DNA from: Nageia nagi
Taxonomy: Eukaryota; Plantae; Pinophyta
Assembly (NCBI GenBank): GCA_050084985.1
Contig: JBITNC010000002.1
Coordinates: 7,254,001 to 7,318,000, forward strand
Direction of reading: 5' to 3'
DNA length: 64,000 bases
Part shown: piece after piece, positions 37,501 through 49,500 of the stretch
Layout: each line of letters begins with the position of its first letter
How positions within the stretch are numbered: the stretch's first letter is position 1
Made by a program: the position numbers and the translations under genes
The notes under the pieces: model-generated
Told to the model about the DNA's origin: nothing
The model's input: the letters and a program-made list of their open reading frames with translations, nothing else
Databases searched by the model: none

Positions 37501-40500
37501 TCCTTACTGTGTTAAGTCTTCAGGACCCAATATTTATTATTGTCAACTTTTGAAAAATATTAATTTAGAGACAGAGAGAGGCAAAATTATAGAAAAATAG
37601 CAAATTTTATTGAAAATATCAAGTGTAAACTGGATTTTGCACTCAAAGTATGGTACCCTTTTTCCTAGAATGCTTGTGATCTTGTATGCTTTGTCCTAGA
37701 GTGCTCGAGATTTGGTATCCGTTGTCCCACAATGTTCAATTTTTGGTTTGGCATAGAGGTGTCGAAATTTTAAACATTGATCAATTTCTTTTGCAAATTT
37801 GTTGAAGGAAGACCTAATTTATTGTTGATTTGGGTGTTATGGCCAACAACAATTAACTCTCTCCCTATTCTGGAATTTAATGGGCAGGATTATGATTATT
37901 AAAGCATCAAGATGAGGACCTTGTTGGTTCTTAAAGATCTATGATATATTGTTTGTTCTGGTTATCATGAGCCAGCAAATTGAAACAGTATCCCACAAAG
38001 TGATAGACAAGCAAAGGAGGTTTAGAAGAAAAACTCTTTGGCACTATATCACATGCAATCAGCTGAGTATGCTTGGAAGGCTCTGCAAGAGGCTTACCAA
38101 GGTAGTGATCAAATGAAGTTGGTTAATTTGCGAACTTTGAAAAGAGAGTTTGAAAATTTGAGGATGCAAGAATTAAATAATGCAAGTGAGTACTGTATTA
38201 GAGTTAAATATGTGGTTAATAAAATAGTATTACTAGTCTTATGTGGACTCACAAGCAGCCAAGGTTATGAAGTTGACAAGGTGGTTACAAGGATGGCAAG
38301 GTTGCAATTATATGGTGATGGCAAGGAAGAACACAAAGGTGAGTGGCTTAATTATGCTTTAATGTCTCAAGATGAATTTGAGCCTTCTTGTTTTAAAGAT
38401 GCTTGTACTAATGATATATGGGTAAAGGCTATGCAAGAACTCAATTCCATTCACAAGAGTGATAGTTGGGATTTTGTGAGACTTCCTAGGGTAAGAAAAT
38501 TGTAGGATTTAAGTGGGTCTACAAGACCAAATATACTAGTGATGGCAGCATTGGAAGACATAAAGCTAGAGTTGTTGCCAAGATATTTACTAAAAAGTTA
38601 TAAAATTGATTTTGAAGAAACTTTTGCACCAGTAGCACGGAAAAAGATACTTAGAATGGTTCTTAACTTCTTACCATGGCAGCCCAAAGAAAATGAAGTG
38701 TACATCACTTGGATGTCAAAAGTGCCTTCTTGAATGGGTACTTAGAAGAAGTGTAGATACAACAACCTAAAGGTTTTTAGGTCAAAGGTAAAAAAGATTG
38801 TGTATATAAGTTGAAGAAGTCCCTCTATGGTCTCAAGCAGGCACCAAGGGCATGGTATGTTTTTATAGATGCATACATTCAATATGAGAGAAGGTGATGA
38901 TTTTCTATATGTATGTTTGTATGTAAATGATCTCATTTACATATGTGTGGGTGAAATATGAGGAATAAATCTGAAATGAAATATTTGGGTTTGATGTGTC
39001 ATCTCCTTGGAATGGAGTTTCATCAATGTGAAGGTGAAATATTCATTTGTCAAACATAGTATGCTAATGATACGTTGAATAAATATAGTATGGACTAATG
39101 TAAAGTTGTTTCTACTCCTATTGCTCATGCTGAGGTGATGTGCAAGGATGATGAAGCTGAGAAAGTTGACGTCAAATGGTATAGAAGCATTGTGGGATTT
39201 TTGATGTTTCTTGCAGCGACTAGATTGAATATTTCTTATGCTATTTCTCTTGTTTCAAGGAATATGAATGAACCATCTCAAATTCATTTGAAGGCTGCCA
39301 AGAGGATCTTGAGGTATGTGAAAGGTACTCTTGATTTTGGCATTCATTCCCATTTAGCTAAGGAGATGGAACTTGTTAGTTATAGTGATTTTGATTGGGG
39401 AGGCAGCTTGTATGTCTTGAAATCCACTTTTGGTAATTGTTGTACTCTTGGTTCTATTGGAACTCAAAGAAGCAAGGATCAGTTGCTTTTTCCTCTATAG
39501 AAGCTGAGTATATTGCAACAACTTCAGCTAGTGTACAAGCCTTGTAGCTTAGGAAGATATTGAAGGACATTAGAGAGAAGCAATGTCATCCCACAATCAT
39601 TTTTTATCACAACACGAGTTCAATTCAATTGGCAAAGAATCTAGTAAATCATAGCAGGTCCAAATATTTTAATTTGATCTATCATTTTATCAGGGATATG
39701 GTGCAAACAAAAAATCGAACTGAAGTATTGAATTGAAGTACTCAAAATAAGCTTGCTGACATATTCACAAAAAGTGTTGCAAAAGCTCAATTTTCTTTAA
39801 AACTTAGAGACAGCCTTGTGAGTCCTTTCACCATTAAAGGAGAAAATGTTGAAATTGTGATGCCTTATAAGAGATGAATAAGACAAACATAACCCCTGTC
39901 CTTGTATTGCATAAGTGACAAATTTGTTATCCACTTTTGATTTGTAATTATGTTTGTAACTATATATATTCTCTGTTTTTTCATTTAAGTAGACGAAGAT
40001 GGAACTGAAGAGAAGACAAAGCATCTTTCACAGTACTTGCAATATATTAGGATTAATGTCCATGAGTGACCAAAAATAGGTCAAAGGGACTCAATAGTAC
40101 AATCCAGTGAAAAAGAGAAAGCACTAGGGATAGAGACCCTAGGGACTAACAAAATACTATAAAACAAGTATAATGTAGAGTGGAATCACAAAGAGTGGCT
40201 GAAGAGCTTCTTCGGGAGAAATGTCTATCAGATGGAAAACCCAAGTAGCGGATGGTCGTGCCTATCACAAGGTAAAGGCTGCATGATCGTCATCATTGTC
40301 TACGATAGTGATGGAGTCGATTGCGGATCTGATCACCTCAGACAAGAGTCTCCTGAACTGGAAGAGTCGAGTGAGAGATATATCTAAAGAGACACTCCTA
40401 GCATCCAAGGCTGTGTGAGTTTTTGGTGAGTATAGGTTGTCTTTTCTTTGTTTTTGACAGTCGTGTAACAGTTGATATAAGACGGTTATTTATGCACCTT

Positions 40501-43500
40501 ACTATGTTGACTCTCTGATGCTTGTATTAAATTTGGGTGAGATTTACTGTTTTGAGCACTTAGTCCTAGAACACTTGTGAGCTGGTACCCTTTGTCCTTG
40601 AACACTTGTGATCTGGTCCCTTTGTCCCAAAATGTGCTCTATCTTGTCTCCTGCTCTCAGAATTCTGTCATATGCTGGATGTTTGCAAAAGGGATTTACA
40701 AACTTGATGAAGATCACCCAAATGCTGGACGTCTGGATGTAGGAAGTCAAAATCTGGATGATGGGCACCAAAATACACTCCTCGATACTGGACATCTGGC
40801 CTAGGAGGAGCAATCCTGATGATGGGTGCCAATAATATGCTTCTCAAATTCTTTGTCTAACCCTTGATGATGGGTGCACCAAATTATGATGCCAAAATCC
40901 TCAAATGTTGGGTGCCTGATTCGATCACCAATTTCAGATCTGATCTTCAAACTTTGCAAATCTGGTCTCAAACTCAGGTCTGATCTCAACCCTCAAATCT
41001 GGTAAAAAATTCTCCAGAAACCCTCAACCAATATGCACAATGTGAACTTTGGATGGATCCACCAACGGAGAACCAAAGGGTTTTCGTCCTCTAGCTGTCA
41101 CATGGTTTTTGTCTTCTGATTCTTTCTTTTGCAGGTTTTCGTCCACAGACGATGGGGGAAACATGCTGATCTTGCCATTCTTTCCACAAATTAGACGAGT
41201 GAAAATGACATAATGAATGCCTTCCTATTGGCGCCTCTCCCTTTTATGACTAAGTGTCTATTTTTGGGACTTCATAAACTTACATTAAAACCATATATTA
41301 TTAAAATATTATTCTATCACTTAATTATTTTTTAAAACACTATTTACACTCCATAAAGTGGACGTCTCATTTCACCTTGTATTAAATAATCATTATTGCA
41401 CATTACACTAGTGTAGTAAGGGAAGCACAAAAGAAGGATAAATGGTATGAGAAAATAGTGGTAAAAGTAACAAATAAGAAAACATATATTTAACAAGAAG
41501 CCAAAGGTAAAATGATCAAATATTGGTAAAGGTAAGCCATTTGGCAATGATTGATTTAAATTTGTAAACAGATGGGTAATTTTTTTTAGTTCTTAGACAC
41601 AACATTATACTATTTGTGTAAACAACATGGAATGAGATTTATGTTCTTGGTTGACAGAGATAAGGGTGGTGATTGCTGAATTTCAAGCATTTCCCATTGA
41701 TAGAAAGTATGACAGATTTAGCAGTCATCTACCGTTACCACTGTCAACCAAGAACATAAATGACATTCTTTTATGTTGTTACACAACTGTATAGTGTTGT
41801 ATGAGAGGAACTAGAACAAGTTAATCCATCTGTTTACGAATTAAAATTGGAATTACCTGTAGCATATTTAAATTAACATTGGCATATTCATCTAAACAGA
41901 CATGAAACACTATTCCATTCCCAATTCCACTGGCAATATCCTGTTATTGAATGTTGAACGAAACTACAATGTGGACCATAGGTCCCTCATGATGTCATCT
42001 TCCGACCTACTTATTAGATTTGGCACTTAAGCTAGGATTTTTCTCGTTGGTGTGAAAATACCTAAGCTAGGATTTGATCATGAGGATGGATCTCTATTCT
42101 AGCTGTGATACCTTCTTGTTCCAAAAGGATGAACGTCATGAACTTCCACACAACTAGCAATATGTAATATTGAAATACAAAATAATATACTCGAGATCAC
42201 AAGATTGCATGAAGACCAAAAAATGAAACAGAACAAACAATATTACACAGTGGTGTGTCACAAGATGATTATGTAGAATGGTGATGTGTTTATACAGTAA
42301 CAATAGACCAATTTCCTCGTAATAAGGTAATAATCAGATATTCCTCATTAATGAATATTTGCTTAGTGGTTAAGGATAATTAATAATATATAGAAATATA
42401 TAAACTGCCAAGTCAAGTTTCACTGCTTATTTAATAGATTGACACTTGATAATGATGAGTAGATGAAGGAAAATGCAACCTTTAACAAGAGAGGCAGAAT
42501 AAAAAAGGCAAGGTAGCAAGATTACTGGTAGGCATAAAAGCAGCTATGATAAGTTGTTGCCCCTTTACTGAAGAAGAGCTTAATGTACTCACCTCATCTT
42601 GAGCTTTTGAGGGACTGAAAGCCTCCCATGTGGAAGGTTTGATCTATAATGGATCAATATTTGTAAGACAATATGTTGGGAGGTAGGTTAATGTTTGCAA
42701 AATAGACTCGATTGGAAGGTCAGCATGTGGGCCCAACTTGGTCACATCTAAGCCAGGGTTACTTTGGCATAGAGCATGGATGCATGGTTAACTCCAAGTC
42801 GAGACTCAAAATGGTTGGCAATAGCATGGGTCATGTTTGTTATGGTGTATTCTCAGCATTTTAACATTGTAAATAAACTTTAATGTTGAATTGTTTTTGT
42901 TCTTTGATGTGTCAAATTTAGGCTTTTGGATATACTGTTGGTGAATTTGCTCACTTGATGTTGTTTTCAATTCTATATAAAGCACAGTGAAGGGCATTAG
43001 CTATTTTTGTTGTGAAGTTTTTAGAATTTTTTTAGGACTTTGCAAATCAGTTAGAGATCATGAACTATGTTCTTCTGTCAATGCAAGAGCTTTTGTATTT
43101 TCTTCCCAGCATGTCTATACATTTTATTAATTTTGGATGATGACTATATTTTTCAATTGAATGCTATCATGCTATATGCATGCCAGTGATTATTCCAGAA
43201 TTTAGAAACCAATGAGGCAGTTTGGTATGTTCAATATAACATTGTATTTGATTTATATCTAGATGTTGGCTCTTATGCAATTGTGCATTTTACTTTAGTA
43301 TGAATGAAAACTGAAAAATGTTGTATCCGACATGGATAGGACAGAATTTTGAGAACCCCTCATTCAGATGTTAAAATGTTTTATTATCTCTCTAATCATT
43401 GTTGTTTAAAGACTAACCATTCTATATTGCTAGACAGATGTTAAAGACTAATAATATACAATGATTATGACATGGATAATATTGTTAAAATGTTCTATTA

Positions 43501-46500
43501 TCTCTCTACCTACATTCTATTTTAAAGACTAATTGTTTTTTGCTTGCATGCCAGTTGGCTGTGTCTGTGATAGTCAAATATGCTAAATATAGTTGTGGGG
43601 TATACTTTCTTGAAAGAATTTAGCAGGAAACTGGAATGCAAAAATTAACCATTGATTTATCACACATCCAGTTATTTCTGTTTTCTGATCATTAAGTGAA
43701 AAAACAAATGCAATGAACTAGAGAACTCCAAAAGAGTATAATACTATTGAGATGAAAGATAATGCCCACAAGGATTATGAGCAATTTCAAGGGATACAAA
43801 ATATCATTTTCTAGGGATTGGGTGCTTCTTTAAGTAGAAAGCGAAAATATCCAAATAACCATCTAGGAGGTTGATGCCATCCACATAAGTAACGACATCC
43901 ATATAACTGACACACTTTACAGAATTCACAACCATAAGGTCAACCTTATATAAGGTCCGATTATATCCCAACATGTTTAGCAGTTAATGAATCTTTCTTT
44001 GAAGCTGCTGAAAATTTTATCATCTCCAATTTTTAGAGTTTAACCAAATAAACCATATATCTGATTTGGCGTCTTGATGCATTGAGGCCATTTTTTTAGT
44101 TTGTAATTTTCATTAATAATTTTCTAGTTAGATATTTTATATTTGTATGATTCCCCATTTGGCATTAAATTAGTGGATATTCATTTTATATATCAATAAT
44201 ATTATTAATTGGTTTTATTTATTTTTGAGGTAGGTAAGAGGGCTTCTACAAGCTAGCTCATCTTTTAATATTTGAATGTAGCTTTAGCAAGGGTTGCATT
44301 TTATTTGACTAGCTTTGATGCAACTTGAATAAACCAGTCATGGAGGTGCAAATGTCTGTGGAAAGCAGACAAACCAAGGAAAACAAAGCACAAAGTGCTG
44401 GATCACTTGAAAGCATGCCTCTTTGATACTGTGGTTGTTTAATGGAAGACTTTGTTGGATGATCTGATTACACACTGCTGGGATGTTTTTCCTTCCTCTT
44501 ACAAAAATCACCTAGGGTGATAAATGGAAAGGCATCCAACATGTGGTCAACGCTGCGTTACTAACCTCTGCTTGCAAGGACTGGTTACCTTAATGTTTCT
44601 ATGTTTCAAAGTGTTATATATGGTATTAATAAGAACTTGAACTTGGAATGACTGAGTGGGGATAAATGGAAAGGTATTCAAACATGTGGTCGACGCTGCG
44701 TTACAAACTTCTGCTTGCAAGGACTGGTTACCCCAATGTTTCTATGTTTCAAAGTGTTGTATATGGTATTGATAAGAACTTGAACTTGGAATGACCGAGT
44801 GGGGAAAACAACTCTTACCACGTTTTATTGTGGGCACTAGAGTTGTTTTACATCAATTGAAAGGATATACTTTTGAAGTTGAAAAGGGAAAATAACAAAG
44901 TATAGGTAAAAGAAAATGAAAAGTGGGGATGCTAGCATACGAGGTGAGTTCATTCAAGGACAAGTTCACCAATGGATTAGGGGTCATATTACTTCCTTTT
45001 TGAGTTTATTATGATGTACTTACTCACTTATCTAATACTCGCCACATATGACTAAGTCCAAATTGAAAGCAAGATAGAGTCTAAAGCAATGCTACCAAGT
45101 GCAACAATATGAGCCGCATATCAAACCAAACAACATAGGAAGGACTTCACTAATATACATCCATCTATATGTGAAAGAGTGAACAATGTTCATCAAGTAG
45201 CAATCATACAACTTCTTAAGATGTTCATTCAACTTTCTTACAAGCATACACTTTCAAGAAATGCTTACAAGTTATATGAAAACTACAAGCAAACACCAAG
45301 TAACAATACTCATGTTCACAATCTGATGAAATGAACAAGTCTTGATTTGTTTAAGTTATGCTCCACAATCACATACAAGAATGTTAAAAATATTAGCAAG
45401 TTCAAAATAGCTCCTCTTGAGTGAAACAGTCATCCTCTTTATGAATGAGCCCTCTAGGGCTATTTATAGTTTTCAAGTGTTGCCCTAACCCTAATTCAAA
45501 TTCAAATGAAAGAAACTGAAATAAACCCTAATTCTAACCAAGAAAGGACAAGTGTCAATACAAGATTAAGTCCAACACTTGTGGGAGAAAATCCTCATCC
45601 ATCACAAGGCTCAATCAAAATGAATAATGTTTTGAGATCTGAATCAAAATGAAATTATGCAAAATAAAATGAAGTGCAATGCCTCCATCCAACTAGTGTT
45701 CATTAGATGCTTCCAAATAGATGGTTCTTTCTCGCCCTTGAATGGTCACCTTATCTTGAGGATGGTATGGCCTTGGAGCATGTTCTCTTCTTCAGGATTC
45801 TGCTTCTTCTAGCTCTCGTCAAATTCTTCAACAATCCTTCTGAGTTGTTTGATTTGTTCTACTCTTGTGGTTTTGATCTCGCCTATCTACATCTTTTAGG
45901 TACGGGCTTCCAAGTTTTGAGATTTCTTAGGATCCTTGTTCAAGAAGATCTTGGTGATTGATGTGTTATTGACCTTGAAGACAAATTTGTTTACATAATG
46001 AGTTGTTGTGGACTCATCTTTCACCCTCTTGGTAGAGTCTTCATGTTACGCTCTAATCAAAGCTGCTAGGTCAATATTGAACTTCACCTTCTTCTTTGGT
46101 GAGGTACCATCAATAGTTACCACCTTTTTTGTCTCTATATTCTTCCCTTTCATCTCGGAGCTTTCCCTTGCCATTTTGATCTTTGATACCCTAGTGAATT
46201 TGAAGAGAAAGAACAAATTTGTGATGTGAGAATGAAGGTGAAAGTCGGCTAGCTTCTTAGGGATCTGTGCCTTTATGGGTGGATGTTCTTTTGGAGGCAG
46301 TTTTGACACTTGGATTGATGTTGGCTAGCTTGAAGGCGTATGCGTAGGGTCAATTTTCATCCTGTAGACATCGTTCGGATGATCTAAGATCCTTCACCTT
46401 CGACTTGGGTGCTTGAGATAGGGCGCATCACCAAAAAAGTCTAAAACTTGTCTTTTGAATTGGTGTGCCTGAACTGGGTGACCTAGTCGAGCGCATGCTT

Positions 46501-49500
46501 GAGAAAGTCATCCTTTTGTCTTTTTTTCCCATACGCGATCTTGGTGCTTCTAGGACCTGGACTTAGTCAATTTTCACCTTGAATTCATCTTGGAGCTCTC
46601 TTGCCTTGAGCAGATCTCCCAAATAGTCATATCTATGACTTTTTTTGTCATGCGCTTAGCTTCTCAAGCCACCTCAAGCCAATCTTGACGTTCCCTAATG
46701 CATGTCTTTGCCAAATTTCATCTTTGAAGCCCCTTATATTGTTTCCAAAGCCAAATGCACTCATAAGAAGTCATATTTATGACTTTTTGAGTGATGTGCT
46801 TACACTCCCATTGCATACTTCGTGGATATTGATGTTGTTAACTCTTTCCCTTAGCCAAATTCTCATGTTGATGCCACTTATAATAGGAAAGTCACATTTT
46901 CACATTCATGTTCGTCCATGAGCCCTTCAAAGCTAGGCGCACCTCACAAAAAGTCATGATTATGACTTTTTTTGTCATGTGCTCTCCTCTTGTGCCTTTT
47001 TGGGCTGGTTTGAGTGCTTCCGGAATCGCATCTTAGTCACATCGTGACTTCCAAGCCAAGCGCATGTCACAAAAAGTCACATTTATGACTTTTTATGACA
47101 TGCTCTTACATGGGAAGGCCTTCCTCCTCAAGCACATCTTTCACAATGTCCTAAACTTGTCTTTTTCATCATGCAGCTCCTTTTTCATGCCATCTTAAGT
47201 TGATCTAGATACTCTAGAGACAACACCTTGCTAAATTCGTGGGTTCCTTGACTTGGGTGCGTGTTTTGAAAAATCATGATTTTATTTTTTTCATCATATG
47301 CTTGAATTGGATAGCCTTCTGAGATGGGTGCATGTTTTATAAAGTCATAATCTTGTCTTTTTGAAACATGCGCTTGAATTGGGAAGCCTTCTGAGTTGGG
47401 TGCACGTTTTAGAAGCCTTCTTGAGCCAGTCTTTAATGTCTTGAAGTTATACTTTAGCCAAAATTTCATCTTGAAGTCATTTGGAACCTCATCCAAGCCA
47501 AGCACATGATTCCAAAAGTTACATTTTTGTCTTTTTTTCTCCATGTGCATGGCCTCTAGGTGTCCTTGATCTAGGCACATGCCCCAAAAAGTCATAATCA
47601 TGACTTTTTTGTCATGCATTCAACCTCCTAACCCTTCTTTTGCTTGAAAATCTATCTCGGAGTTTGTAATTTTACATTTTGACCACCTTGGTTCCGAGTT
47701 GGAACTCTTCTTGGCTAGACGCATGCTAAAAAAGTCATAAATTTATCCTTTTTCATCATGCGCTTAGCCTCTTGGCGGGTTTCTTAACCTAAGTGCACCT
47801 GAGAAAAAGACTGAACTTTGACACACACACCTTTTGAGACCTTTAATCAAGTTTTGGGCTCTAGGACTTGCTCTCCTATCTCACATTGTTCCCTAGACTC
47901 TCCTATCTTTCGGAATTAGTCAGTTTTGGATATCTTCAAATATGGGTTCATTATGACTGTGACAAGGCTAGGTGAGATTCTGGCTTCTAATGAACACGAC
48001 TTAGCAAGATTTGGGTCCTCAAAATTGCAAAATTTTGGAGCATGTTGTGGAGGCACAACATAGACTTTGCAGTTGCCAAAATTAATGATATTTGTCTGAA
48101 AAATACAGTTGACATTCTTGCCGATAATCCTGATTCATTGTTGACATCCCTGCTGATAGCCTGGATTCATTGTTGACATTCAAGGCATTTGATTCCTATC
48201 CTTCAAATCTAACTTCTTCCTGTTAACCTGTAGTTGCCCAACTAGATAAGGCCATATATATATAAGGCAAACTTTGGAAACAGGCTTTGGCCATATTGTT
48301 CAGCATAAGTCCAACTTTAGTTTGATCTTCCAGAGTGATATGTTTGGAACAAACCCGTTAGCTTGATTCTTCTGTGCAGATGTAGGAGGATTCTGAATTC
48401 TTTCAATTTGCAGGATTGCTCGAAAACCTTCATATTCTCTCTCCATCTTCACCTTTGAAGATCATAACAGTGAAAATTTGTCTTGGTTTACCACCTTGAT
48501 AAAATCCATAGATTCCATACCTTCCTTGACAGACATAATAAGCTTGCCATGTGGGGGTGTGTTGAAGGTCAACAGGTAATATTTGCTTCTATTCTCAACA
48601 ATTATGTGAATGAGCATTCAACTAGAATCTCAACGAAGACTTGGCAAATAAGATAGAGCAGGTTCATGGTTGAAAGAGCTTTAGAAATGATTGTGATAGT
48701 CATTTGTGCAAGTGATTCTTCAGAAAAATTGTATTTTGTTTGATCACACATTTTCTTGTTATCATCTAATATATACAGAATGCATATAATTGAGAACTAT
48801 GGGTCTTTACTGTTTAGATAGTTGTAAAAATTAAAAAAAATATATAGATTCCGAGTGGTGAGAATGTGAGGCTGAGATCAAAAATTATACAATTTAACTA
48901 TGGTAATTGGGGCATATGGAAAACCTATGACGACTAATGGTATCAATTAGATATACTATAAAATTATTTGGTCTATATTTAGGAACTATGTCTGAGGATG
49001 AAGCTTGCCCCTATATCAAAGGAAATAGTTTCTGAATGAGGAAGGAATGTGGCAAGTAGCCATGATGAGAGGATCTTCATAAGCAAAAAGCAGATGGAGT
49101 TACCCTTGTATTAAGAATATCATTATAGAGTTACAGTAGGTTTATTTATAATTGAAAAGGTCCATAAAGCCTGGAGGCATCAACTTGGCTGAGTGTTTGT
49201 TTTATCTGGTGAGGAATATTAAAGAAAATATGTGGAGAAGCCTCAAATTTTTAAATATTGAAAGCTCATTATGGACAAATATGTTTTGTATTCCAGATTT
49301 CATTCTATAGCTATGGCTAGTTTATATTTTTTTGTAAATTTGGTTTGAAACTTTGGGGAACTGATTATTTTAATATTCGAGAGAGCATAAAGTTCTGTTG
49401 TAGGAAAAAGTAGGCAAGTTTACATATTATGAAACAACATGATGATCCATTCAAAGGGAAACAGGGCCATTTTCGAGGTTCACAAATTGCTCTATAAGAT

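Noticed and set aside
40199-40222. Hammerhead-like CTGAAGA plus cUUCGg hairpin plus GAAA
   Set aside because: The register is wrong (no pair closing stem II before GAAA) and no supporting stems were found.
45707-47619. ORFs of 73-144 aa inside the 3-kb LTR
   Set aside because: No domains; they derive from low-complexity or repeated LTR sequence.
46420-47820. CRISPR array
   Set aside because: Eukaryotic LTR context, degenerate repeats, irregular spacing and no cas genes.
48330-48560. Minus-strand [11 protein letters not shown] resembling a caulimovirus VI / RNase H1 hybrid-binding motif
   Set aside because: The match is short, spacing is off, the conserved W is missing, and there is no viral context.
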